Part shown: one piece after another, positions 52,142 through 64,000 of the stretch
Numbering within the stretch: the first letter of the stretch is position 1
How the letters are laid out: every line of letters begins with the position of its first letter
DNA from: Octopus sinensis
Lineage: Eukaryota
Assembly (NCBI RefSeq): GCF_006345805.1
Contig: NC_043009.1
Coordinates: 20,398,001-20,462,000 of the forward strand
Direction of reading: 5' to 3'
Length of the DNA stretch: 64,000 bases
Made by a program: the position numbers and the translations under genes
Notes under the pieces: model-generated
Told to the model about the DNA's origin: nothing
What the model saw: only the letters and a program-made list of their open reading frames with translations
The model's database searches: none

Positions 52142-52353
52142 GAGTAAAGATTGTTTGCCAACATAACGTGGCAGTCCTGGTTTAGGATGAATGTTGCTGT
52201 AATTTAGCCCCAGGAGACATCACCTCCAGCTGGCTATAAGGACACAGATTGTGTCGTGTAGCCAGCTGGAGGTAATGTTTCCTGGGGCTAAATTACAGAA
52301 ACATTCGTCCTAAACCAGGATTGCCATGTTATGTTGGCAAACAATCTTTACTC
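52142..52353. mobile_element. Fold-back MITE-like hairpin (212 bp)
   Basis: GAGTAAAGATTGTTTGCCAAC...GTTGGCAAACAATCTTTACTC; about 93-bp arms with an inner GACAC/GTGTC hairpin. Confidence 0.85.
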
Positions 52354-52530
52354 TTATCATTTCTTGTTTGTTTTCCTTGTTTTTGTCGTTTCTTTTGTTC
52401 CTGAAGTTGTTTTTCATGTAAAAAATCCTGTATTTATATAAATATTGTGTAGAATATTATTCTTGTCCATTTTTTACCTTTTCAAAGCTATATTTCTTAT
52501 AATTCCATCAATTTCTTCATCTTTTGATAG

Positions 52531-52659
52531 TGTGATCAACTAGCTGCTAGTTTCTTGGACCTTGGAATAAACAAAGGAGACAGAATTGGTATTTGGGGAC
52601 CAAATTCTTATGAATGGTTACTAGCCCAGTACGCAGGTTTCAGAGCTGGAATAATTTCA
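52531..52659 (+). CDS. ACSF2: ACSF2-like exon
   Basis: CDQLAASFLDLGINKGDRIGIWGPNSYEWLLAQYAGFRAGIIS; AG/GT, phase 0/0. Confidence 0.93.
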
Positions 52660-53292
52660 GTAAATATTACTATTTTCTAAATTATTTTATTTATCATGAC
52701 TTCTGTCAATAATAGAATTGTTGATTACAGGTTCCCTAGGGGTCAATAACTGATTCACTGAATTTCTGATGGTGATAATGTCAAGTGAAGGTCTATGTCC
52801 CAAGATATTTCTGTTCAGCACATCAATTGATTTCTTTGTCAATTTGTAAAACACTCACCAACACACAAGTTACTAAATACACCAGATTTCTTTCCTTTTT
52901 GTATGGTGTGTAGCAATAAAAATTGTTATACACTCCAGATCAGTTCCTTCGGAAATATATGTAAGAAGAACATGGTGCCTTTTCAAAAGATATTTGGTTA
53001 TTAATGGTCCATCATCAGGCTTACTGAGAATCACAATGAAGGCACCAACACATGTAAACTTTGCTTGGCAGAAAAATACATTTTGATGTAAATAAAAATT
53101 TAGAAAAAAACAATAGAATGAAATATATTTCCATTGGTTTTTGTCTTCTAAATTCCAATTTCCACTTATTGATTCAGATCCTTGTCAAAGGTACTGTACT
53201 GTAGGATTGAACATAAAGCCATGTGGCTGTGAGAAGTGAACTTCTTAACTGCACTGCCTGTGCCATTTGCATAATGATGTATGTATGTATGT

Positions 53293-53327
<35 letters not shown>

Positions 53328-53439
53328 CATGCATGTATGTATGTATGCATGCATGTGTGCATGAATGAATGAATGATTTTTCTTTGAGTTTTAAGTTCTT
53401 GAGAGAGTTCAATCCAGTCGCTAACAAAGCAACAAGGCA

Positions 53440-53780
53440 TTCTGAGTTAAGAGAATTCCCAAAGTTTGTAAATCTGTGGTTGAGTTAGTATGTTGGTTGA
53501 ACTGTCTATACACTCAAGTATGGTGTGCATCTATTCACATAAGAATCTCACATGGAGATTTTCTAGAATGTCTCATAAATCTTCCCAGTGCCACTAATAA
53601 ACTGGATTCAAAGAATCCACATGAGTTTCTTTTGGGTTTTTTACTGTGAAACCAAGAATTTCTAGGTTTTTTGGGGTTTTTTTTTAGTAAATTTGTTGGT
53701 ATATAACCTAATACCCCTATGATGATAGGTTCAAAAGTGATTTCATAGCCAGGGTACAAGAGCTGTATGTTCTCCATTAA
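53440..53780 (-). mobile_element. R4-like LINE extreme 3' fragment
   Basis: IQLLYPGYEITFEPIIIGVLGYIP matches the post-RLE PIVIGALG motif. Confidence 0.6.
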
Positions 53781-54840
53781 TTCACCTTAAATGTTCTCTT
53801 TTTCCTGGACTTTTCATTGTACATTCACATCTGCTGGGCAGTGTATGCATGTATGTACGTACATGTGCCTGAGGGTGCATGACTTCGTGGTCAGATTATT
53901 GCACTCATGACCACAAGATTGTAGGTTCAATTCCCTGACCTGGCTGTGTGTTGTGTTCTTGAGCAAAACACTACATCTTACATTGTTCTGCAATCACTTC
54001 AACACCTGATGTCAGGTACACCATGCACCTGTTTCAACAAAGTCGATTCAATGGAGAAAGTGAGCTTATGAGCAATACTAACATTCAATTACAACAAACA
54101 AATCATCTGCACAGATTGTTCAGCAACAAATTGCAGAACCGTCTTCCTCGGACTACAAGAGACAACCAGTATTATTATGTATATATGTATGTACATAAGA
54201 GTGTGTGTGTGTCAATAATTTAAAATAATTGTTGCATCTGTGGATGTATATTGATGCCCCATATATAATATATTCTTCCTTGTGAATGTATGTTAAAAAA
54301 GTGTATATGAAATTTCTGTTTTGTTTGTCATTCTCATCTAACTAATGAATATCCATTTATTTAAATTCTATGTTTAGTCTTAAATCATGATAATTAAATA
54401 ATCAATTAATTAATTATTTTACTCTCGGAGTGGTTGGCGTTAGGAAGGTCATCCAGCTGTAGAAACTCTGCCAGATCAAGATTGGAGCCTGGTGCAGCCA
54501 TCTGATTCGCCAGCCCTCAGTCAAAATCGTCCAACCCATACTAGCATGAAAAGCAGACGTTAAACGATGATGATGATGATAGTGTGTGTTTTACCATTGT
54601 TACTTCCTGTCTTTTTAAATGAACCTTTTCTGCTGGTCCCTAACCCTTCCAAAATCTATCCTGGAGATCCCTACATCTTCTATAGAGTTTTACCTCCTTT
54701 TTATTGTTTACAGTTTACTTATAACTTTATTATAACTGAAGATTAAGAATTAATTATTTTAATTATTTTATTTGTTTATATCTTTTGTTCCAGAGTTGTG
54801 TTGCCGCCTTTTTTTTTTCTGTATTTTCTCTTTATTTCAG

Positions 54841-54894
54841 GTAAACGTCAACCCAGCCTTTAGAATGGCAGAACTAGAGCACGTTGTAAACACT
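54841..54894 (+). CDS. ACSF2: ACSF2-like exon
   Basis: tttatttcAG; VNVNPAFRMAELEHVVNT (human VSVNPAYQAMELEYVLKK); donor act|GTaaga. Confidence 0.92.
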
Positions 54895-55374
54895 GTAAGA
54901 TCCAGATGCTTTTCTTTTATTCTTTCGCTGGTTTCAGTATATTCTGAATAGTAGCCCATGCTGGAGCACCACTTTCAAAAGGGCTTTGCCTGCTGCTTAC
55001 TTTTATTGATCTCTATTTCTCAAACAATAACTTGAACTCAATACTACAAAATATTTAGCAATCCACTGGCAATTCCTCGTCCCTCACTCAACCTCTTTCA
55101 ACCCCTTCCCACCAACATTTCCTGTTCTTCTGTCCCCTCCCCATTCTCTTCTCCTCACTTCTACTTTGGAGGGTCCACCTTTGGGACAACACATCAAAAA
55201 TGTTGCTTCTACAGAGATAAATAAAAGATGGAAATGACCATTTTCATCTTTTGGAAGGAAATGCCCACAACACAGATATGATAACAGTGGGAGGAAAACT
55301 GGGTGGGGGGGGAACCATGTGAATTGAAGTAGACTTATTGATATTTATGCATATAATTTATACATATACATATA

Positions 55375-55591
55375 GACGGGGGTGCTGAAAAGTTGCTGGC
55401 TTTGGGTAAAAGAAATGGCCGGAGGATCAGTGAACTGATTTTATTCAACATCTTCCCCTCTCAGATTCACACACTTACTGCAGTGGTCCTTCAGTTTTTC
55501 TAAGCCCTGTCAAAGAACTCAGAATGTTGGGCCTCCAACCAAGTCTTTTGTGATACCCTTAAAGCCAAGAATTTTTCAGCATCCCCTCATC
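55375..55591. mobile_element. Mariner-type MITE
   Basis: TA-flanked TIRs: GACGGGGGTGCTGAAAAGTTGCTGGCTTT and AAAGCCAAGAATTTTTCAGCATCCCCTCATC. Confidence 0.75.
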
Positions 55592-56217
55592 TATATAAAT
55601 AGGCCTAATGATGTGTGTGTGTGTGCATGCATGCACATCCTGTATATGACATCCTGCATCTGGTAGCGGGGCCTGATCTGTGAGTTCCAAGGGTTTTGAG
55701 GAGTGTGGAACCACCCCCTGGCCACTATTGTTCCCAGATCTACTCTGGTCAGGGTCTCAGCTTAGGGTTGATCAGCATATTAGGACTTGTCTACCAATGC
55801 ATGCGAAGACTGGATCCAGCAGACTGTGAGGAAAAAAATCTTTGTGGTTCAATGAAGGAAAAAGGCAGCCAGAGCAATGCATTGTGGAGTGCAAAGAACA
55901 AGATGAGGCAAGAAGGGCATCTTGGTCGTCCCCAGCATCCACTTCCATTGCCCAGTTATCTTGACCTGGTCTTGCTACTCGATTGAAAATGATCTCAGAC
56001 AAGAGAATGACGTTGATGGTGTGCAATTCTTCACTTTAAACAAAGTCACCACATGCATCATCAGTCATCCTGAAGGATGACTAAATGGCCCTTGTCACTC
56101 TGACAAATGAACATCTGTGTTTGTGTGTGTTTAATATTTGTCATGAGTCATCTAAAATCTATTTTAGTTTTCTCAACAGATTTCTATCAAATATTTTCTT
56201 TCTTTCTAATATTGAAG

Positions 56218-56336
56218 GTCGGTATGAAAGCTATAGTGATGGCTGGTCCATTCCGTGACACAAACTATTACAACATTTTGCACCAATTAATACCAGACCT
56301 ACTGACATCAACTCCGGGAGATATCAAATCTAAAAA
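56218..56336 (+). CDS. ACSF2: ACSF2-like exon
   Basis: VGMKAIVMAGPFRDTNYYNILHQLIPDL...PGDIKSK; donor aa|GTaagg, phase 2. Confidence 0.92.
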
Positions 56337-57361
56337 GTAAGGCAGTCTTTTACCATTTTTCATTAGTTTCACTGAGTTGTGGCCATGCTGGAGCATCAGC
56401 CTCTTGGGTTTAGTCTATCCTATCAACATCAGTTCTTATTTCAGTCTTTACAAATACAACACATGCTACACTTTCAGGTTTTTTTGGATAAAGTTTTCAG
56501 AAATAACCCAATAAGTTTACCATTAATTCTATGGAATATTCAGGGGTTCCACTAGTTCTGAATAGTCTGCAACACCAAACTCTGAGTTATGAACCAAAAA
56601 CCCTTCAGTTTCTGATAGAATATATTCGATGGCCTTCCACAGTTTCCATTTCCACAGTTACACTCTCAAGCCAAGATACCTTTCCAAAGTGCCACACTAC
56701 AGGATCAAATCTGGGACCGTCTACAGAGAGAACATTTGGGCCACATACCTCTCACTGCTATGATCCAGTCTTTACTTCACAAACTGAAATGTGATGCCTT
56801 TTTTTTTGTTTGTTATTTATTTAAAACTGATAAAAGCCCAGTGGCTGATAACAACCACTGAAAGTTGTTTAACCCTAGGTTAGTCTTGATCCATTAGATG
56901 TATGATCAAAAGTACTTCAGTCATGACCATCCCATCAGTAAATATAGGACTAAGATATCCTGTGTCCTTCATTAACACGTGAATTGAGAAATATTTCATT
57001 ACAATTTCCAGCATACCAAACAAGCTGTTATCAATGAAACTATAAATGGTCTCTGGCACCATGTTTTTGTCATTCGTTTTCTCCTTGTTATGATAGAATA
57101 CACTTCAGTGGGAATTTAATTGATAGCACTTCAATGGTTTTACTGTAAATATTTAATTACTTCACAAACTTAATGAGTTCATTCAGGCATAGGAGTGGCT
57201 ATGTGGTAAGTAGCTTGCTTACCAACCACATGATTCCGGGTTCAGTCCCACTGTGTGGCACCTTGGGCAAGTGTCTTCTACTATAGCCTTGGGCAGACCA
57301 AAGCCTTGTGAGTGGATTTGGTAGACAGAAACTGAAAGAAACTTGTATATATGTGTATATA

Positions 57362-58979
57362 CAGTTGCGGTCAAAATGTTCAGAACGGCATTGTTTTCGT
57401 CAGAAAAGTGGGTATAAGTTTTTATTAAAGTTGTTTTATATTCTATAATTTTCACAGACAATAAACACGATATTAATTGGTATTGTCTGAGATTTTGGTG
57501 TAATTTGAGTGGATAATACAAAAGTTATGGATGATATAGTGATTTACTGCAAAACCCATGGTGGCCAAAATGATCAGAACGGTTGAAAAAATAACAAAAT
57601 AATCAAAAAGTGACAGAGAATGCCGGAATTATTTCATATTTAGTGTGAAGCCCTTTAGCTTCAATAAAAGTTTGACATTTTTGACTGCATGGGGGAATTA
57701 AATTTTCAATTTCTTGCTGGGTGATCTTATTCCATTCTTCCTGAAGGGCATTCCATAATTGCTCGGTTGTTTTAGGATTTCTGGCTTTCAAACGTTCTCC
57801 TAGAATATTCCACACATTTTCAATAGGATTGAGGTCTGGGCTTTGAGCAGGCCAATCCATAACAATAACCTTTTCAGCCTTGAGGAAGTTCATGACCACC
57901 TTAGCCTTGTGATACGGGGCATTGTCCTGCATGAATATGGGTGGTCGCTTAGTTGAATTTCTCAGCACAGGCAAGACATGATCTTTTACAAGTTGTTTAT
58001 AAACTCCTGCATTTACCTTTCCATGTAATCGCAGCAAAGGGCCCACAACATCTCCAGATATCATCCCCCAAACCATGACACTTCCTCCACCGAATTTAAC
58101 ACTAGTCTTAAGGCATTTAGGTGATAATTTTTCACCTGCTTTTCGACGAACGTACCTTTTCCCATCTGAGCCAAATAACATAGACTTAGATTCATCACTG
58201 AAATGCACCGTTTGCCATTTTTTTTGAGACCACAACACATGTTCAGTTGCAAAGGTAAGACGACACTTTTTATTCTTGGAGCTGATCAGTGGCTTCACTG
58301 CAGGTGCTCTTGCTTGTTGGTCATGTTCAACTAAAGGACGAGACACAGTTTTTCGAGATAAAGTTTTCTTCAGTACAGTGCTCATTTCCTGAAAAACAGC
58401 AGCAGCAGTTTTAAATCTGTCCTTTTTAACCAACTTTACCATAGCACGATCTTCTCTCTTGGTCGTTTTTCTTGGCTTTCTTGCTTCACACGAACCACAA
58501 TCATCGTAGACCTTAAGAATACCGTGAACAACACTTTTTGACTTGTTAACAATCTTTGCAATAGACCTAATACTTAAATTATCCTTCTTTCGAAGCTTAA
58601 TAATCTGCTGACGAATTGGTAACGGAGTAAGTGGCATTATATTAACAAAGTACACTGCAAATATTCTTACTAATGTTTAGTAAACGAACTGTCACGTAAA
58701 CAAATTCAAAACATTAGAGTTCGATGGTTAAATATACTAAAACATGGAGTAAAAGCAACCGTTCTGATTATTTTGGCCGCCATGGGTTTTGCAGTAAATC
58801 ACTAAATCATCCATAACTTTTTTATTATCCTCTCAAATTACACCAAAATCTCAGACAATAACAAATAATATCGTATTTATTGTCTGTGAAAATTATAGAA
58901 TATAAAACAACTTTGATAAAAACTTATACCTACTTTTCTGACGCAAACAATGACGTTCTGAACATTTTGGCCGCAACTG
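57362..58979 (-). mobile_element. Tc1-family DNA transposon, full length (1618 bp), 223-bp IR/DR-type TIRs, TA TSD
   Basis: TIRs 57362-57584 and 58757-58979 begin CAGTTGCGG; repeat CAAAATG(T/A)TCAGAACG at both ends of each TIR; TA on both flanks. Confidence 0.97.
57603..58655 (-). CDS. Tc1 transposase (DD34E), uninterrupted 350-aa frame
   Basis: N-terminal HTH regions, HFSDES, VMVWGMI, FMQDNAPYH, WPAQSPDLNPIENVW; 34 residues between D and E. Confidence 0.95.
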   Translation of the reverse strand: MYFVNIMPLTPLPIRQQIIKLRKKDNLSIRSIAKIVNKSKSVVHGILKVYDDCGSCEARKPRKTTKREDRAMVKLVKKDRFKTAAAVFQEMSTVLKKTLSRKTVSRPLVEHDQQARAPAVKPLISSKNKKCRLTFATEHVLWSQKKWQTVHFSDESKSMLFGSDGKRYVRRKAGEKLSPKCLKTSVKFGGGSVMVWGMISGDVVGPLLRLHGKVNAGVYKQLVKDHVLPVLRNSTKRPPIFMQDNAPYHKAKVVMNFLKAEKVIVMDWPAQSPDLNPIENVWNILGERLKARNPKTTEQLWNALQEEWNKITQQEIENLIPPCSQKCQTFIEAKGLHTKYEIIPAFSVTF

Positions 58980-60100
58980 TATATGTGTGTGTGCGTGTGA
59001 GTGTTTGTGTGTCTGTATTTGTTCCCCCAACATCGCTTAACAACCGATGCTGGTGTGTTTACATCCCCATAATTTAGCAGTTCGGCAAAAGAGACCAATA
59101 GAACAAGTACTAGGTTTACAAAGAAAAAATCCTGGGGTCGATTTGCTCAACTAAAGGCGGTGCTCCAGCATGGCCATAGTCAGATGACTGAAACAAGTAA
59201 AAGAGTAAAAGAGCGCATTTCACAAAAACAGTAAACTATTTCAAATCATTACTGATTTCAATGTCTTAATATCATTTACTTTTCCTTTCACCTCTTTACT
59301 CCCCCACCCACCTACCTTCAATATTACTCACCTTTTGTTGCCCTTTATTCCCCCAACCCACCCAATATTCCTCCTCCTTTTATCACCTAGACTCTTTTTC
59401 TAACTTGTAGCTGCCTATTATTGTCTCTCTGCCATTACTCCCTCTCCTATCATCTTCTCACTCTGCCTTCTCCTCCCTCCAATCGTACTCTCACTTCTAT
59501 TAATCCACTTGGTCCAAAGACAATGAAGGGTAGAGAGGATTGTTTAGTCTTGCTGAGGAAAGCTCTTGTTCTGGTGCCATGAAAGAAAAAGGAAAACTCG
59601 ACTGACTGTGTAAAGTGGTTGGAGTTGAGGATGACATCCCGCTGCTGAAGCCCCACCAAAATGGAATATATGAACCATCTGAGAGGGAGAGAGAGAGCAG
59701 TAACTCCAAATGAGATCTAACTTGGTCAGTGACAACTCACAATCCTGTCCAACAGGAGGAGGGGGTGTTATCCTCCGCTGACCTGAATCTGGGAGATAAA
59801 TTAAAGTCAACCACATGAGAGCAAAACAGTCTGCGTAGGCTTCCATACAATTTTTGTCCCCCAGATTTCGTTCACAAGGCTTTTGTTGAAGACACTTAGA
59901 CAAGGACACACAAAATCAACTATGTCTTTCATTCTTCCTTGGTTGATAAATACCAGTTATATACTGAGGTCAGTCAGATATATTTGTCTCCTAAATTTTA
60001 GACCATGTGACAGTGTAAAAGTTAAATTAATATTTTCAATTTAAAATTGTTTTAACTCACTAAAACTGATTTTATTTTTAATTTAACATTTTGTTCATAG

Positions 60101-60148
60101 GTTACCATCTTTGAAAACGATAATTTCAATGGAAACCAAGAAAATAGC
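60101..60148 (+). CDS. ACSF2: ACSF2-like exon (48 nt)
   Basis: ttcatAG; LPSLKTIISME (human LPDLTTVISV); donor gc|GTgagt, phase 2/2. Confidence 0.9.
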
Positions 60149-60521
60149 GTGAGTATTTGTTAAGAAATTCTGATAATTGCAAAACAATCCAACAGATGAG
60201 ATGATATTGTGCTTGTTGGCTACAAGTGTGACATGGTGGCATAATACATGAGACAATGTGACATTGTGACTAACGAGGGCATGAGACAGGTGTTGTCACT
60301 GGAAGAGATAATTCCACATTAAAAGAGATTTGGCGTAATTGTAGATTTGGGGAACTATGACACTTGTAACAATCCACAGACTCTCCATCCATGTCAGATG
60401 AGTCAAATACTATTTCACTATAACGTGTGTGTGTGAGTGTGTATGGAACCACTGTCATCTACCTCTGCTCCATTGACACATGTTGGCATCATTCTAACGA
60501 CAATTGTTCTTCCGATTTCAG

Positions 60522-60639
60522 TGGCACATTTTCATTTCAAGAAGTTCTGCAGGCAGGAACCACTAAGGGAGTCCAATACATAAGGGATCTACAAAAGGAA
60601 CTTCAGTTTGATGATCCGATTAACATTCAGTTCACTTCA
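60522..60639 (+). CDS. ACSF2: ACSF2-like exon ending at the AMP-binding loop
   Basis: GTFSFQEVLQAG...LQFDDPINIQFTS|GTaagt; the GTTG half of the motif lies beyond the window. Confidence 0.95.
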
Positions 60640-61229
60640 GTAAGTTCCTCTCATTATTTTTACTGTGTTTGGTAATAACGTAACAAATATGTACCCCATA
60701 GGGTACAACATAGTTAGCCTTAATGAATTCCTTGTATAAAATCGTTTTAATGTCCACTTTTCCATGCTCAGAAAAACTGGAGTTTATGGAGGCAGATTTT
60801 CTATGGCTGGGTGTCCCTCCTGTCACTAATCCTTATCTGTTTCCAAGCAAGGTGATATTTCCTCATGGCCAGACATATTTCCAGAGAAAACAGGAAAATA
60901 ATGACACCACTTATATGACAGTGGAACTCGTTTACAACTATTATGTGATGTTAAGACAAGGAGACACAAGCATATACACACTCACATAGACACACATACA
61001 CGTAAATACATACACACAATGCGATTCTTTCAGTTTCTGTTTACCAAATCTACTAAGGTTTTGGTCAGGCTGGGACTATAGAAGACACTTGTCTGAGTGC
61101 TTCACAATGGGCTGAACCTGAAATGTTTGGAAGCAAACTCCTCAACCCCACAGCCATATCCACACCCCATATACGAGAATAGGGATTGTTTCTGTTTTTA
61201 GGCTGCTACAGAGCATTATTATTATTATT

Positions 61230-62279
61230 TTCTCTTCATCATGTTTCGTTGGAGCTTCTGGAATCTTGCAAGCCTACAATACCATGCTATCTGTTCTTTT
61301 CAACTCTCTAATACTTTCCTGATTATTCTCACTGTGCCAAGGAGAGAAAACTTTTGTAACAGTCCTTCTGGGCATGCTATTTCAATTCTCTTTATATTCC
61401 CCTTGATGCTTTCTGATACTGTCCCCAAGGATCCAACAATAATTGGCACTATCTTCACCTTCTTCATTTTCCATAGCTGGGCTATTTCGTACTTAAGAGG
61501 GTTGTATCTACTTATCTTTTTGCTTTCTTTCTTGATTGTTCATGGGTCAAAGGGGCATGAAACATCAACTATATAGCACATGTGGTGCACCTTGTCCACC
61601 ACCACTAGGGCCGGTCTCTTGTGTTCTAGCACCTGAATTGTTTGGATTGGGAAATCCCAGAGGGTTTTACTAGTCTCTGACTCTGCCACTCTCTGCAATT
61701 TGTGCTCGTACCACGTCTTGCCTCTCTCTAACTCCACTTTTTACACAGTTTCCAATGTAACACCTTCGCTACCTAGTTGTGTCACTACAACTTGCGCAAG
61801 TCTAAGGCATTCATTCATGATATGGGCAGTGGTTTTGTCCACTCTATTATAGATGCAGCACAGCAGAGATACTTGCTCATTCCTAAGTTGACTCTCCAGT
61901 TTATGGCCACAGCTTCATCTTGCTCTACCAGTAGAGTCCACTCGGTCTCTTTTTTTAGGGTTCCTTTCTTCAGCCAACCCTACTTATTTTTCCCAGCAAC
62001 TTCTGTTGTGGCTGCATGGAAATGATTGTGTGGTCGTTTCTTGCATAATTCTTCTTCATGTCCTTTCTGTACTGCTTTCATCATTCTTCCTTCTTTCTCT
62101 GCTCTCAATACTCCCTTGTTCCTGACTGACACTAGCATGGTTTCCTTAATTTGGGATAGGTATCTCATTAGGCTCTTGAATTTGATACAGATACAATCTT
62201 TCACACTTATCAGTCCTCTTCCTCCATTTGCTCTCTCCCTGTATAGGCAAACAGTGTCTGCATGTGACTAATGGGCTCC
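61230..62279 (-). mobile_element. R4/Dong-like LINE fragment (second subfamily)
   Basis: LKKETEWTLL...VAKVLHWKLC...WYEHK...LWDFPIQT...HKRPALVVVD...IVDVSCPFD; (ATT)n at 61215-61229. Confidence 0.88.
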
Positions 62280-62295
62280 TATTATTATTATTATT

Positions 62296-62765
62296 CTATG
62301 TTTGACTTTTGCTTTATGTCTGTACAAGTTGGCTCCAAGTCTCATCCAGAGACCTCAAGAGACAACAGGTTGGAAGTTCTGTGCCATATATTTAGGGTTT
62401 TTTTTTCTTTTTTTCTTTTTTTTTTTTGGTGTTGTACTAGTGAATGTCTAATACATAAAAAAAAAATAAATGAATAAAAAAAAAAAGTTTGTTTTAAACC
62501 TTGGGATTACATAGAGAGTATTTTGCGTAGGATATGAGCAGTTCCCATGAGCACTATCTTTTGAATTTCTGCCATTTTGGGGTTTCCTGGTATCTGAGTT
62601 AGGTAGCAATCAGTCCCTTTCGCTATCATTCCCAGGGCACCTATGACAACAGGTATTGTTTTAGTCTTCAGCTTCCACATTTTGCTGATTTCTATTTCAA
62701 GATCTTTATATTTGCTCAGTTTTTGGTAGGTCTTGACAGATACGTTTATATCGATTGGGACAGTC
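62296..62765 (-). mobile_element. R4/Dong-like 3' fragment (same subfamily as 31218-32136)
   Basis: Reverse complement matches 31695-32136; (ATT)n on both sides (62280-62295, 62766-62833). Confidence 0.9.
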
Positions 62766-62834
<69 letters not shown>

Positions 62835-63335
62835 TCACATCTCATTGCACAAATCTATTCTTTATATATCTTGTAGGGAACCACTGGTAAACCTAAAGGG
62901 GCCACTCTGTCACATTTCAGTATTCTCAACAATAGTCACTCTGTAGGTTTTCGTTTAAGATACAATGAAATGGTAAGTACATGTTCCAATATAGCATCCT
63001 CAAGTACTTTATTGCCAATTTAGGTATTTTGTTTACTTTGAGAAATAATTATTTTATTGCTTTTTTTTAAAAAAAAAATGAGTTTATTTATACACTGTAA
63101 GATTAAAGTGCTGAATAAAACGTCCAGATTGTTAAAATACTGGATCCAAGATGTTGATGTTATGAGTATTATTGTTATTATTATTGTCACCAAGGTGGAC
63201 TTTGCCTTTCATCCTTTCAGGGATGATAAATAATATGGAACAGTTGAACACTGGGGTCAATGTAATAGACTTATCATCTACCTCTGAAATTGCTGGTCTT
63301 GTGTCAAAATTATCATCATTATTATTATTATTATT

Positions 63336-63698
63336 TCTTTTTATCTCAGGTTTTGTTGGAACTCCTGGAGTCTTGCATGTGTAATGGGTTTGCTACCTGC
63401 AGCCTACAGTACCATGTTATCCATTCCTTCAGCTATCTAATATTTTCCTGATTATTCTGGCCGTGCCAAGGAGGCAAACCTTTTGTAACAGTTCCACTGG
63501 GCAACCTATTCCAATTTCCTTCATGTTCCCCTTGATGTCTTCTGATACTGTCCCCTAGGACCCAACAATAATTGGCCCTATCTTCACCTTCTTCATTTCC
63601 AATAGTCAGACTATTTTGTACTTAGGAGGGTTGTATTTATCTATTTTTTTGTCTTCCTTCTTGACTATTCGTAGGTCAAAGGGGCATGAAACATCAAT
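63336..63698 (-). mobile_element. R4/Dong-like 3' fragment (same subfamily as 61230-62279)
   Basis: Matches 61240-61570; ATT-rich tracts on both flanks. Confidence 0.85.
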
Positions 63699-64000
63699 TA
63701 TATTATCATTTTTATTATTATCATTATTATTATTTTAATTTTTATTATTATTGTTATTATTACAAAATACCTTATGGTTTTTAATTAGGACTGTTTACAT
63801 TCTGAGTTTAAATCCCTCCAAAGTCATCTTTATCCTACCAAGCTCAATAAAACTAGTTAAATATTGTAGTTAGTGGTATCAATTAATCCCCCCCCCCCTC
63901 TCAATTACCAGTCTTGTGCCTAAATCAGGAAACAATGAAGTTGACAGAATGTCAGGCAAAATGCTTAGCAACATTTCTTCAGAGTTCAAATTCAACCGAG

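Larger units (their letters stand above)
57185..59212 (+). mobile_element. SINE family A split by the Tc1 insertion
   Basis: SINE head at 57185-57345, tail at 58981-59212; the Tc1 sits in the central (TA/TG)n linker. Confidence 0.85.

Overview
AT-rich, repeat-dense animal genomic DNA, most likely an octopus or other coleoid cephalopod (inferred from SINE families, (TA)n/(AAT)n load and RTE tails). Three spliced plus-strand host genes can be assembled by hand: the last two coding exons of a TRPC-type channel (383-1370), a complete 9-exon FAM47-family gene (17374-34039, 465 aa), and six internal exons of an ACSF2-like acyl-CoA synthetase (51175-60639, continues past the window). Mobile elements include a Penelope-like (Naiad-type) RT/GIY-YIG retroelement bracketed by about 270-bp inverted repeats, a Tc1 transposon with an intact DD34E frame nested in a SINE, a Chapaev3-like remnant, RTE LINEs, several R4/Dong-like LINE fragments in (TAA)n tracts, MITEs and many SINEs. 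The main highlight is a full type I hammerhead ribozyme with an unusually long stem II in each inverted repeat of the Penelope-like element, with a third, decayed minimal hammerhead nearby. Also notable are an Asn-rich linker in that element's protein, a PHD-finger-like insert inside the RTE reverse transcriptase, and three long fold-back palindromes, one with CpG decay concentrated at its tip. All calls come from manual reading; no searches were run.
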